DNA of 64,000 nucleotides from Amoebidium appalachense (GCA_963693365.1 CAVNZM010000011.1:6529921-6593920), one strand, 5' to 3'; positions 1 through 20,748 are shown, numbered from the stretch's first letter. The notes: generated by a model not told the origin, from the letters alone. Program-made: numbers and translations.

Positions 1-218
1 CCCCCTTCTCTCCCTCTCTCTCTCCCCTCCCTCCTCTCCCTCTCTCTCTCTGTGTACATGTGTGTGTATGGTGTCTCCCCATTCTCGAGAGAGCGCGCGC
101 ACACACACGCACGCACACATGTGCTCACACGCATGCCGACACGCACGCATACACACGCATACATGCACACACACACACACACATTACACACACGCACACA
201 CAGACAGACATACAAACA

Positions 219-317
<99 letters not shown>

Positions 318-1869
318 CACACACACACGTCACACGCATGCACCCAGGCACATGCACACACACAAACATGTTAGCCTTTGTTTGTTCCCAAATTTGTGAC
401 CATTTCGAAATCAGTTCTGTCGGCCGCATATGTACCGTATGTACCGTAGTAGGCTGTTCACATGGCGTGATGATGCATGTCATGTAATGTACTGGTCCCT
501 GGTGCAGTCCTGTTCACATTAGGCTCGAGCTCGTAGCTTCCGGGCACGCCTGAAAGTTGCGCCCGCTCAGGCGACGTCCGAGTCGAATTAGAACCTCAAT
601 CAACCTCTCATGATCACTCAGCCGGAATTTCAAAGCGGCCGCTGACTCGATCGTTGCATGAAAAGTGCCGCCGTGCTGACCTTACAAGACGTTCGAACAA
701 GGCTGACCACTGTCTGGCTGTCGCCAGTCTGTCGGCCGACTGTCGACTGTCGAGTCATGCTGCGGTTGAACAGAGCCTCCCTCGGCGCGGGCACGTGCAC
801 ACTGATCACCAGGTGACCGGGTGACCCTTGCAGTTGGAGCAACCCTGTTGGTGTGTAGCTGTTCAAATGCCATCTCGTAAAGGGCCAAAATCGCAAAGAA
901 AATGCTCTCCAAAGACGCCTGGGGCACTTATTTTGTTGTAGCTGGAGGCAAATATACCAGAAATGCTTTTGAAGATAGGATAGGCTAATCATTGGCACAA
1001 CTTAGTATTATTATATGTTACCACGTGACCCCAAAAACTTTTAGTAATTGCACACCCTGTTATCACACCGAAAAGCCACCAATCACAGTCGGTGAGCATG
1101 ACGTATCCAATAGGAAATTAGTATCACACTCGGTAATGCACCAGGCTGACATAAAAACATTGTTTACCAATAAACCGATCAGAAACCAATCATAACGCAG
1201 AAATCTAAAAGGTCTACGAATCGTATGCCAACCGTCACCAGCCGAAGAGGGCACCAAAAATCAGATCCGCCCAGACGGTAGCAATTTATGCACTACACAA
1301 TGCATATGATGACCAAGTAAAGTAATATATACTTACCACTGTCCAACTAGAAGAAAAAAATATCATTACACTGAGAAGATTAATTCATAAATAGGGTTTT
1401 GTAGACACCGTGTTGCCATAAGCTGGCCTCATTTGTCAACTTACTACATAGTTTTGGCTGTACACACTGCAACGTATGCATTTCTGCGATTGGCCAATAA
1501 TCACGCCTCGGGAGGCGGCCACCGAGTTGCATGACCGGCCACAACCCATGGCACAACGTTCCTGTTCCCAAAGTCACACAGCACTCGACCGTATGTATGA
1601 TATGATGCACGGAGTTGTGATTTTTAATGCCCACCTGCTTTATTATCCCTACAATTTCTGTCGAAGAAAGTTAGTTGGTAAATTCATCAGCATAGTAATG
1701 AGCATGCACAACTACTTATTTTGGCGAAGAACAGGATCCAAGGGTAGCATGTTTACCTTGGGAAATAAAAGTTGGTGAATAGTGTTTTTCCTCACACAAG
1801 CTCTCAACGAAAATTCGTTTTTATAGTATCGTTGTTTTTTGGGTGTTCGGCATATATAAACAATAGAAA

Positions 1870-3070
1870 ATGCCGGACGTTGAGAAGAACTTTCAGCAAC
1901 CCAAGTCACGGGCAATGACACGGTGGCTGTTGGAGCTTTTAAAGCTTTCTACGTGGATTGTTTTGTTCGTTTCGGCAGCACATTATGATTTAGGAGCCAT
2001 ATTTTTGGCGTTTACGGTGGTTTTCGCTGCGTGCGCCGTATTTTTCCAAGACACAACACTCCTCACGCCTTTTCCTTTCGTTTACGGAGATATCCAAAAG
2101 GTCGTGTCAGTCCGAAAAACCTCCACAACGAGAGTTCGTTTTTCCGAGCCTCAGACGGAAGTTTTGGAGAAGCAACCTTTTTCGAGGTCTTCGAGTAACA
2201 GCAGTAATTCTAGTAGCAGTAGTGAGGAACGGGAAATCCAAAGTGAACTGAAAGACCGCGCCTGCATATCTTCAAACAGTAAGTTACCTGAATACACGTG
2301 TACGTGTGTGGATTTACGGATTTTCTAATATTTGTGCTTTCTAATATTTGTGCTTGCGTGTTGGTGTGTTTTGTCGTGTTGTCCTTTGATTTTCTGTGTG
2401 TGCAAATTTTGTGTACAGTGGACATACGTTGACGCTGTGTTTGAGTGCATATTCATGTTACGGGTGTGCCAAACAGGTGCCTCGTCTGTCTGTTAAGGTG
2501 TACGTGTGCGCTATCAGTGGAGTGGTTGCCGAAGAGCTGTACAACGATTTCGGCCACGTCTTTCAGTTTTTGCGGTGCTTTTGTTTGGATGCGCCAATTC
2601 CGGTGCAAATCCGGGCTGCATATCATGATGTGGATATGTGTTTATAGTTGTGCATCTTGTCTGCCAGTGAAGCATCAAACTGCAAATGTAATGTGACTCA
2701 CAGAACACGTTCGTGCGACAACCGTGCACCTACGCAGCACACGAAAACACAAACAAACACATACACAACTCGAGCACGAGCACATACATGCACTGATGCA
2801 CACACACATTCAAACACGCACACACGCACACGCAGACACACTCACCACACACATCACCAGTGCACGGCATCCACACGTATGAAAACAGCCTTTCATGTTA
2901 TTTGTTTTTAAAGTTTGCTGCACACCTGCCCAGTGTAAACGAACACCGAGAATTGGACATACCTCATGCATATCACGTGGCACCCGTTTTCGAAAATGCG
3001 CCGAGATAGAACCACAATGCGCTACATTATGTCGTATGATAGTACAGTTAATTATACAAATGCGCGCGCG

Positions 3071-3139
<69 letters not shown>

Positions 3140-4160
3140 AAACACGCCTCTGCATGTGAGTGGATCACTATCACGGCCATTCACCTAGGCTGGTACTGTA
3201 AATGCACACATCTATCATGATACGTCCCGTAACGCAAGTCTAACCCCTCGCTCTGTGTCCCCTCCCCCCACCCACCTTCCCCCCCTCCCCCCCCCCCCCC
3301 CCCCCCTCCTCTCCTCCCTTTTTGCCCCTCTCCTCCCTCCCCTCTTCCCCTCTTTCCTTCCCCCTTCCCTACTCCCCATCTTCCTCTTCCATCCAGGCCA
3401 GATAGAGCTCTCTCTGTGCTCGCCACTACGACCGATCCGCGTGCTGCGAAACCCCACACTCAACCCCGACCACTCCCACTATTATCTCTACATTCCGGAT
3501 GGATTTTTCAAAAACATCGCAATTTACGACTCAAAGGGACAGGTTGTGTTTCACGTCAACCACAAATCCAGCAGCATGCACCATAAATATTCGCTCGTAG
3601 ATCCCCGGACAGGGGTGTCCTATGCCGGGATGCGAAATTTGTTTGCGAGCAAAGGCCCGTTTCCCGTCGCGTGTACAATGATCACGGATGCAACTTTCAA
3701 ATCGCAACACGCAATCGTGTACGGAACGCGATCATACTATGGGCACCTTCTGGCCGAAGGGAAAGATGAGACTTTTCCCACCGATACGCCTTATCGGGTG
3801 CGAATCTGGAACCAGCCAATGAACGTGGACGACCGACTTCCTATTATGGAAGGTCGCACACTCGGATTGGTGCAATCAGAGAAATCGTGGCAGATGGTCG
3901 GCGACGACGGAAAAAACACGATGGAGATTGTAACGCGGGGGGGCTCTACGCACTGGAGACACCTGCGGAATCGGGAAGCGACGTTTTTGATTGGTGTTGC
4001 TGCAGATACGGACACTCATTTTATGCTCATGACCGCGATTGCGATGCTGAGACGCACAGCGTTGTATTATTCCAAGTATGACGACGTGTGGGATCCGGTG
4101 ACGGGGAGATATGTGGATTCGGAGAGTGACCATATCCCTACGACCCCGTTTCTGTTTTGA
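1870..4160 (+). CDS. Membrane-anchored LURP-one/Tubby-C (scramblase-like fold) protein, 2 exons: join(1870..2278,3397..4160)
   Basis: ATG at 1870 opens an ORF with a hydrophobic hairpin (LLKLSTWIVLFVSAAHYDLGAIFLAFTVVFAACAVFF). The phase-1 donor AACA|GTAAGT at 2279 matches the phase-1 acceptor CCATCCAG| at 3396, and splicing gives ...ISSN-S-QIELSLCSPLRPIRV... The second exon has beta-strand-rich motifs (IAIYDSKGQVVFHVNHK...YSLVDPRTG) and a C-terminal 'FLIGVAADTDTHFMLMTAIAM' helix typical of LURP-one-related proteins. The family call is by eye. Confidence 0.6.
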
Positions 4161-4171
4161 TTACTAGTCTC

Positions 4172-4229
<58 letters not shown>

Positions 4230-4476
4230 TCTCTTAATTTGTTCTCTCTCTTTTGTTTTGAATATTCTGCAGGCTACTAGATAAAAGTGCTTTTGGTAGG
4301 CGAGGTTGTTCCTCCCCATTCCGCTTTCCTCTTTGTCACAACTATCTTTATCTCCCTCTTCGATATCTCTAGGCAACACGTGTGGTTGCTTCCACCGTTT
4401 CTCTTGCCTTTTCTTTTCTTGTCTTTCTTTCCTCTCCCCTCTCCCCCCCCCCCCCCCCCCCCCTCTCTCTCTCCTT

Positions 4477-4507
<31 letters not shown>

Positions 4508-4832
4508 GGTTGCACACGTCGAGCGAATGATGATTGGTTGGGAAATGCAGAACCGGGCACTCAGATTTGTTTTCCCCTTTTGCGTATGATAAGGTGGTAG
4601 AATCCTCTTCCTCAGAGAGCCTAAGCGTCTATAGTTTTAGCAGATTTCGAATGATAATGTAGGTGGGGGCATGCACACGGGCCACATGTATTTTTTTTGT
4701 GCTTCACAGTTGCCCAGTTCCTAGCATCTGCAGTGCAGAAACTTAGCAAAAGTGAACATTAATGCTCGTGATTTTGGTTGTCGTTTTCATTGTGCAGCCT
4801 TTCACTACTTATTCTTATTATTCCTTCCACTT

Positions 4833-4867
<35 letters not shown>

Positions 4868-5379
4868 AGTCTAATTGGACGTGCCATGAAGCGAAGTTGT
4901 ACATGTGGTCAGGTGTTTGTGCTAGGACAACACCAACAGTATACGTAATTCCACTAAGCAAATGACAACTCTGAATAATAGAAGGTCTGTTAAATCTCTA
5001 GGGCTCTAGTGCTGATGAGGCCCTGTTATCATGAATTCTATAGTTATAGAACAGGCATGTTTGTTTTTTTGCCGAGTGGCGTCTGAAACATACCCTAGGG
5101 TGACAGCTGCATGGCGAAAGAAGAAATAAAATTGTGAATTCTTCCATGTGCACATTCCTTCCTGGGCCAACCCGGCTAATATTAACATACACATCAATAA
5201 GTACAAACAAGAGAGACAGAACTGGCACATACTGTTGACTAGTACTATCAACATATAGCTACGATTATAAAACAATAATAAAAGTAGGAATTAATACGTT
5301 TTAAAACCTTCTTAGTCACATTCGAATATAGCACCGCTGCTTTTATGGTGGGTAGCAGCCCTAGGAGATCTACACCGTG

Positions 5380-5591
5380 ACATATATACATACTTTCCAA
5401 CTGAGCCCGTCATTGCAACTGACAGATCCAAGAGACATTACTGGCATATAGGCTCTCATTAGATCCCGCTCGGATATGCTCTTTTAGAGTCCCCACGTGT
5501 TTGCTTGGCCCTGGTAGGTTTTAGGGGGGGGGTCGCCGTTAGGGTATACCAGTAATGATGTCTTAAGCTTCTTGGGAAGTGTATATATGTG
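5380..5591. mobile_element. Degenerate fold-back/MITE-like element
   Basis: ACATATATACATACTTTCCAA (~5380) is the imperfect reverse complement of TTGGGAAGTGTATATATGT (~5572-5590). There is also an inner pair, AGACATTACTGG / CCAGTAATGATGTCT. Confidence 0.45.
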
Positions 5592-6855
5592 GCCTGGTCA
5601 TCGTCAATGACTAGTTGGAGCAAACTACATTAACTACATTCACGTACATATGGACGTGCTCCAGGTATCATAAACGGGCCCGTTTCACGTACATACAAAC
5701 AGGTTAGCACGGCCCAACTGATGATGGGCGTGACCCCCGCGGCGGTCACATGTGCATGCAGGCGCACACCGTGATAGAGTGTGGGTCCCGTGGGACGTTC
5801 GAACTCATCCAGGATGCGAAAAACTTTCTCACGATTTCATCTCTTTTTCTGAAATGTAGTTATCTTAAATATATCTTACCGACTTTGTAATAATGATTCA
5901 TATCTAAAAATGGATGATAGATAGCCGCATGCACAATGCTATGAATTTCATGATACATTTACATGCGCATGTGGCAACGATCATCGGATTCATGCGCATG
6001 CAGTGCACATGTGTATATGTGTCATAAATACACGGGACATGACGTCCACGGCCCACATGATGTGCGTGCCCCTACCCCGCACGGCGCACATGATGTGCGT
6101 AGAGTCTATTCGATCGTGGGCACATGCATGATCAGTCAGGCATGCACATGATGCACATGTGTACACGTACATGTACACATGCTTTCTATTTTGTGATTTC
6201 ATCTTTGTGTTACCATGAGTATCAGGTAAGAAAAAACTTCTTATATGTACGGCACGGAAACATGGCATGCGCAAAGGTAAGTGTCTATCAAAACTTAGTA
6301 AGTGACACACTTCTTCGAGACTGTGGGTGTTGCGCGCGCTGCACGCGCTGCGCCCGCATCAGCGGCCAGTGTGCGGCTGTATACCGGATCTACAAGATCA
6401 AATTTAAGTTTTGAACATTCTCTGGCAAATCTCTTAATGATTGGCCCAGGAGATCTAGATCTAGATCCTCTGCTCCTGGCGTCAGACTCATGATCAGCGC
6501 CTGCCTGTCCGTGCCTGAGCGGAGCGCGTCCGTGCACGTGGGACCGTCACGGAGTACTACACTGAGTAGCCTACTACGCGCTTGCGTGCGCCGGGTGCGC
6601 GTGTGGATGTATACGTGTACGTGGCGACTCAGCCTGATTCAGGCCTAGGCCTATTTGTAAAATTTTATTGTAGGCCTGTGCCGTTTGGCGGGTATGAGGC
6701 ATGCATGGGTGACTGCTTGGGCACAATCAGCTGCAGTGTCACTGAGTTGCATGAAGACTAACCTGTTTGTGTGTGTGTGTTTGTGCACATGTATGCGTGG
6801 TGCGTGCAAGTGTACATGACGTGCGCGTAAGCTTGTGATGTGTATGTGAACGTTA

Positions 6856-7218
6856 ATGCGTTATGCCATTGTCACTGTGTAACTGTTTACAGGTGTTTGT
6901 GCGTGTGTGTGTGCGTGCCAAAGGCTGAGACCCGTAAGGCGTGCCCCCGCTAGGGGGCACGCAGAACCAAGAATTGGCTAGTACCTTGTATGTTGCCGCA
7001 GGCGACAGTCACTAGACAAAGTTTGATCGCGCGTAATCGGATTTGGATTTACGAATTGGTTCAAAATGACGTAAGCCCAGCCTACTAGTAAAAATAAGAC
7101 ATCATCCGTCTGCCCAGGCTTTTTATGCGTTATGCCACTGTCACTGTGTGACTGTTTACAGGTGTTTGTGGGTGTGTGTGTGCGTGCCAAAGGCTCCAGA
7201 CCCGTAAGGCGTGCCCCC
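6856..7218 (+). repeat. ~93-bp direct duplication (6856-6948 and 7125-7218)
   Basis: ATGCGTTATGCCA(T/C)TGTCACTGTG...GACCCGTAAGGCGTGCCCCC occurs twice. The second copy stops in the middle of the Helitron-like hairpin. Confidence 0.85.
6940..6981 (+). mobile_element. Helitron-like 3' terminus
   Basis: Perfect GC-rich hairpin CGTGCCCCC-GCTA-GGGGGCACG (6940-6961), followed 16 nt later by CTAG|T (6978-6982). This is the canonical Helitron 3' signature. The 5' end was not located. Confidence 0.5.
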
Positions 7219-7327
7219 TTGATTTAAAATTTTAGGGCATTCCGATTGGTCATTACACATTGAGCGATCTGATTGGTCATTACAGCCAGAAGGACCCCGC
7301 CAGAGACCGTCCCCGCAGCGTCGTAAG

Positions 7328-7605
7328 TAAGCCTATGTAAATCTATCCCAAAAAACTACCTAAATATCATATTGCTTTAATCCCGATCTATCACAAAACC
7401 TACCTAAATATCATAGATCATATCCCGGAAAATCCCGAAAAATGGACCTAAATATCAAGTTCATCTATCCCTTGGGCCCCTATCTATCCCGAGAAATATC
7501 ATTTTTCTCTCGCTGAAGCCTAAATATCCGGGCTAATATCCGGTTCTAAACTTAGCCCGGCGGGCAGGTATCCATAATATTTCGAAGACTCAGGCCTAAG
7601 TATCA

Positions 7606-7678
<73 letters not shown>

Positions 7679-10600
7679 ATGGGGGGGGGGGGGGGGGGGG
7701 GGGGAGGCCGGGGGGATGCATGCATGCATACAAAGGATATGCATATGGATCATATGCACCATTACGTACGTGTGAGTCGTGACAAGTCTGCAGTGCACGT
7801 GTGGCCGGCCCCGGCCTCGATTGAGGGCGGGGGGTGGGGGGGGGGGGGGGGGAGGAATAACTTGTATGCATGCATGAAAAAGAGTATGTGTGCACGAACC
7901 AGAAGGCCAAAGGCTGGGGGGGGGGGGGGGGGGGGACTCAAGGCACGGGACGGTCTTGCCACCACAATGAAATTTTATCCTTGCTCACGTCGACTACTTA
8001 TCTTCTACTACATATACATGACTTTTTATCAGCCTGACTTTGCTCTCGTTCACAACCTTGATCTTAGCCTATTTGCTACCTTGTAAGTTCATCTTACACA
8101 CACCACTCTGAGGACATCTTGCAAACACACGTCAGCTGCAGCCTATTAGAAAAAAACAGCCTGGCTTCGACTTGGGTCTCTATAACTAAAAAAAAGCCTG
8201 CTTTTTAGAAAACTTCACACACCACAGCTACTTAGTAGCACCAATACAGAAAAAGCCCAGCTATGAAAACATGCAGCCTAGCCTACGGGCCACTAAGCCT
8301 TATTGAACTGCAGCATCATGGATGTCTCCATGATGTCAATCAGTGAGCTTTCTCGCTCGTCGCCAAAGGAAGCGGTGAGGCGAGAGAAGACGTGTTCCAC
8401 TGCTCCAGATGACGGCTGCACACACATAGCACGCTTGGCGACCTCAGCAATAGTGGGGAACAGGGCATGGTTAGCCCGATACCAAGCACAGACGTCTGCG
8501 TCGCTCTTGACGCCCATGGCAGCGGAAATAAAGGCAGGGTGCTCCGCTTGCAGCCCAGCCATGACGGCAGCGTTGTCGCGGCAATAGGGGAAGACGCCGA
8601 GTGGAGAGAAGTCAGCAGCATTGGGCACACACTGGACCATGGCAGGGTGAAGGAGGCGGAGGGCCTTGAACAGCTCCATGAGTCCAGCAAGCTCCCCCCT
8701 GTTCTCAGCAAACTTGTCGTTGAAGTACCTGCGGGCAGGCTCGACAACCTTCAAGTTGTGGGCGTGCTCCTTCCAGAACGCCACGTGGTGTTGGGGCACA
8801 CGCAGCTGCGTGAGGACCGCCCCCACCATTGTAGAGGCGCGCACATCGCCATTCAGCACGACAGACACTTTGATGATCTCGTCGTAGGCAGAAAAGGCCA
8901 ACGGCCCGTCACCCTCGAGCACATAGGTGGCCTAAGGCTTGCATAGGGGCGTGCCAAACTCCACCACGGCAGCAAGCTCAACCATGAACCTGACGTAGGC
9001 CTGTGCGTCATTGATGACGGTCAGACATTTCTCGACATTGGCAATGGCGATGTTGCTAGCTTGAAGCTGGCGGAGGGTGCTGATGCACATGACCACGTTG
9101 TTGAAGACAAAGGACGCACTCTCCAACCAAGACCACCACCGAGTGGTGTTGTAGCGGGTGGGACTCTTGCCGATCACTGAGCGAGCCACCAGCCGGGCAG
9201 CAGGGGACCGAGTGAAGATGTTGTTCCACCCGCTCATGAAGGACTCGAGGACGTTAGCAGCAAACTTGTCGCCACAGTTGTCGAGAGTGTGGGAGAAGCA
9301 CCCCACACTTAAGGTGGAGGGGCTGAGAGCCTGAAGACCCCGCATGGCGGCATAGTTGACACTGGCCCTGTCATGGGTTGCACAGATGAGATCCCTCGCA
9401 GGGATAGCCAGCTCCTGCAGGATGGTCGTGCTGATGAGGGCCCCAAGCTGGGTGCCGTCCATTGACCGCTCGATGACTGTAAACTTGCCCACATCTTGCT
9501 TGATGACCCAGTCATCAGTCACATAGCGAACAACCACGGCCCACGCCTCGCCAGTGGTGGTGGTGCCGTCGAAAATGGTAGACACAGGGCGGTTACGGAT
9601 GTTGGCCAGAAGCATATCGGTAAGGTGCTGGCGTAAGACGGGTACAAGGTCACGCAGGTTGCTGCTGTCAGTCATAGGCATGGAGGTGTACTCATCAAAC
9701 AACGGGCGAAACGAGTCAATTACGGTGATCGGGGAGCCGGACTCGAGTGCAGCCTGAACAGCACGCAGACGGAAGACGCGCACGTCAGTGGGCAGGGTCT
9801 TGCCCACCATGTTGGTCTCGGCAGTGAACTTGGCGAGGGTGTTGGCCAACGCATTGTTGTGGGCATTGTTGTGAGCTCGGTTCTCCACATTCTTCTTGTG
9901 GGCTTCGGACTCCAAGTGGGTCTGTAAGTTCTTCTTCTTGAGGCTCTGAACCCGGTTGCAGGCCGTGCAGAAGGGGAACTGGCCATTCGGGTAGGTGACC
10001 ACGACCAGGGGCGCAGAGGGAAACTCGGCAACGCGTTGATGAGCGGTGATGGTCTTGGGATGGCTCTTGGTGGAGGGGGCCTTGAAGCCACGGGAGGCCG
10101 GTGTACCTTGGACTTGAGAGGGCTTGTTGACACGGATCTTGCGCTGACGACCCAGCTCCGATATCTTGGGAGGCTTGAGGGCAGCAAGCGCCGGGGGCAG
10201 AGCAGCACGGGCAGGGGCAGGGGCAGGGGCAGAGGCATCGTCGAGGACTACTTGCTCAACGTCGATAAGGTCAACCGGCTGAGCAGCAGGCCTTGCGGCT
10301 GGTGCGGGCAGCCCAGGCTGGACCTCCTGGTTGCCATCGTCCTGGCCAACACGGGCAGCCTTGCGAGCGCGCTCGACATCGTTGTTGGTGCTGACAATGT
10401 CAGCCACGGAAAAGCCACGCTTGTGCTTGCGAACAGACTGAGCCATGTTGATGTGTGAGTGCTTGTCCTTTACACGAAAAGCGAGGTAGCCGAAAACTGA
10501 AAGGTGGCAACTTAAATACCTTCGGCCGGCGGAATAACCGACCGTGAAAATTTAGAGGGAAGGCCATTGATTGGTGTAAAGACGATCCTTTTTGAATCGT

Positions 10601-11115
10601 GCGCCCAACGCTAGCCATTGAGAACGCAGCCCGCCAAATTGCAAAAAAATAATTGGCAGTAGGCTGTCCGCCATGTTCAAATCCCCGTAAACTTACAAGC
10701 GTTTTTGTGCGTGAGGGTCTCTGAGGGATCTTCACGGACAACTACACATACATAGTTTATATGCTGCATGTTTATTATTTAATGAAAGACTAATAATGAT
10801 GATTTGTTTTGTTTAGAAAATCAAATTCAAAACTCTACAATGCTAGGTGTGGCAGTGTATGCTGTCATGAAAAGGTCCACTACTCGACGACTAGTGGGGG
10901 TCCCTGACTGAAGGAGCTCGAAATTATTCTGATGCCGTTCTCTATGAAATAAGAGAAGCCACTTATTTAATTCTCAATTTACTAGTACAGTGCAAACCCC
11001 CCTTTAAACGCAGGGTCTTTGACGGTTTGTTTGTACGGCTGCCATTGGCCTGTGTTTTTCATTGGTCAAGCGTATGATGTGCCACTGCCAGTAGTTGCCA
11101 TATAACTCACAGACA

Positions 11116-11150
<35 letters not shown>

Positions 11151-11385
11151 GTGATATCCCTGGCCACAAACATATATAATATATCCCTAAACCCACGGGA
11201 TACCTAAATCTATCCTGAGCGCTCGACCGGGATATATCCACCCCATGTGGATAGATTGGAAATCCCGCCCCTCCCTAAATATCATTTGGAACTATCCCAA
11301 AACTGCCTAAATATCCGGATGTATCCCATATCCCGAGGGCCCCTAAATATCCTGTGGAGATGCGGGATTTTTTTACATAGGCTTA
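7328..11385 (-). mobile_element. Full-length hAT DNA transposon (4,058 bp)
   Basis: Perfect 14-bp TIRs TAAGCCTATGTAAA (7328-7341) / TTTACATAGGCTTA (11372-11385). Perfect 8-bp TSD GTCGTAAG (7320-7327 and 11386-11393). Repeated subterminal CCTAAATATC motifs at both ends, and an internal hAT transposase. Confidence 0.96.
8293..10446 (-). pseudogene. hAT transposase (CGGBP1-like zinc finger + RNase-H DDE + C-terminal dimerisation region), interrupted by one in-frame TAG at 8932-8934
   Basis: ORFs 10446..8932 and 8922..8293 are in the same frame (...PLCK-P-*-ATYVLEGDGPL...). Motifs: FCTACN..HLESEAH (Zn finger), FDGTT (D1), THDRASVN (D2), CFSH (CxxH), TRWWS, PSSGAVEHVFS (catalytic E). Confidence 0.9.
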
Positions 11386-11792
11386 GTCGTAAGCCGCCCC
11401 GGCCACTTACGTAAGCCAGCGGGTACAAAGCCCTGGAGACTAACCTGATATGGCTATAGCCTCCAAAAATCCAAACGAGCCCATTGGCTAAAAGAGCGCG
11501 CCAAAACTGGCAACAATTTTTCTTTTTTTTTTTTTGTATGCTAGCCAAAGTTTTGTGACCATGAACAAATTTGGTTCAGCTTACAGATCATAGGCTGTGT
11601 TTTTTTTGGACATAGGCTGTGTTTTTTTTGGACATTGAATGGGAGTGGGAGCACTGTTCGGCATTTTTTTAGGGTTTTAAGAGAGGCATGAGGGGCAGAC
11701 GAAGGGCAGCTTCAATAGAACGTGATCTGAAATCTCCACAGCGTAACTACTTATGCATAACAACGAGAGCGTGCTCCTCGTGCGTTTTCAAG

Positions 11793-18925
<7,133 letters not shown>

Positions 18926-19506
18926 GTTTTCAATCCCCCCTCCCCCCCCCCCTGCTGATGGTCTCTGCTGACGGTGCATATCCTTTGTGTGTGCTCTGCG
19001 ATTGTGTTGTCCACCATGAATGCGTCAACCATGTGTACTTCGTACTCCTCCATTATAACCCCCCCCTCCCCCCCCCCCTCCTCCTTCCACCGTCTCCTGG
19101 GCACGCTAGGGCACGCCAGCCCTTTCCGCCCCTCTTTTTTCACTCTTTTCTACTTCTCTGTGTGTGTGCCCACCGCACGTGTGTGTGTTTGTGTGTGTGT
19201 GTGCATGTATTTTGCTCTCCGGTTCTGTGCCGGGGGTGACGAAGAGGAGGTCGGGGGGCGGGCGGGCGGGCGGGCGGACGGGCGGGCGGGGCGGGCGGGC
19301 GGGGCGGGCGCGGGGGGGGGGGGGGGGGGGGGGGGGGGGGTCTAGAGAAGAGGGGGAAACGGGGCGCGGGGGGGGAGGGGGGGGGGGGGGGGGGACGAGG
19401 GAAGGAGGGTGGAATAGAGGGAGTGACAGCGAGAGAGACAGACAGAGCCTCGGGGAGAGAGAGGGAGAGCCTCGGGGAGAGAGAGGGAGTGCCTCGGGGA
19501 GAGAGA

Positions 19507-19570
<64 letters not shown>

Positions 19571-19695
19571 GGGAGGGAGGGAGGGAGGGAGGGAGGGAGG
19601 GAGGCAGGAAGGGAGAGGGAGGGACAGAAAGGGAGGGAGGGAGGGAGGGAGGGGAGGGAGGGGGTGGGGTTTTGGGGGGGGGGGGGGGGGGGGGG

Positions 19696-19732
<37 letters not shown>

Positions 19733-20568
19733 AGATCCTGCGAGCGAGAAAGACAGGGAGGGAGGGAGGAGAAAGGGAGTGTGTGTGTGTGGGTGGGAGG
19801 GGAGGGGGGGGGAGGGGAGAGGAAGGCTTGGAGAATGATGGGTTTGAAAACGGATTCTGCATTTTGCAGGGAGGAGGGACTTGTCGACAAACCCAAGGAT
19901 CAATGACTAGCATGGCCCTCAGACGTCATATCAAGATAGCCGGTCTATTTTTGGTGGCCCGGTGCTGTTTCTGGCTCGGGATCTAGGACCATACACATGA
20001 CGAGTACTTGTTGCATAGTGATGACATCTGTAAATAATGTGTATGTTTGTTTGGATGTACCTTTCTCATATATCGGTCGTAGGGGCATGTTACGAATGTA
20101 CATATACATATGCACACACGTGCACACTCGCACACGTCCGCACATGCGCCATGGCCCACATGCACACGCAACCACACACTCACACGTACACACATTGACG
20201 CACAAGCCATCGTGCATGCATACACACACACACATGCCTTTGTGTACACATGCACACACACACAAGAGGTAGTGTGACGTTACCGTTGTGTGACCGCATT
20301 GTTGTTCACGTGCATCCACACATGCTAACATATGTATATACATGCGCGATACACGTACCGCACATTGCACATACATAGGCAAAATTCAGAGCATTTTGAT
20401 CAATACACCACGCGCATTAGCTCAATGATATACTGATTGCGTATGTGTGCTTTCGTAAAATCGCATGGTGTCTTCACTACATGCATTCTAACCCGTTGAT
20501 GCACCGTGACACACGCACACCCACACACGTCCCTATGCAGGGGCACACACACACACACGTTACGGTAC

Positions 20569-20601
<33 letters not shown>

Positions 20602-20691
20602 CACAAACATTCACGCACACACGCACGGACGCACACACGCACACGCACCCACCCACCCACCCACACACCCACCCACCCACACACACCCACC

Positions 20692-20748
<57 letters not shown>

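Noticed and set aside
52-487. The many ORFs translating as HTHT, CVCV, LSLS, poly-P or poly-G here and throughout the window
   Set aside because: They are translations of microsatellites and homopolymers. Most lie in introns of the assembled genes or in intergenic DNA.
630-998. Possible first exon of a minus-strand gene at the window start
   Set aside because: No recognisable protein motif and no verifiable downstream exon within the window.
8932-8934. TAG reassigned to a sense codon in this organism
   Set aside because: No in-frame TAG is needed in any assembled host gene, and the transposase itself ends in TAG right after the expected C-terminal motif.
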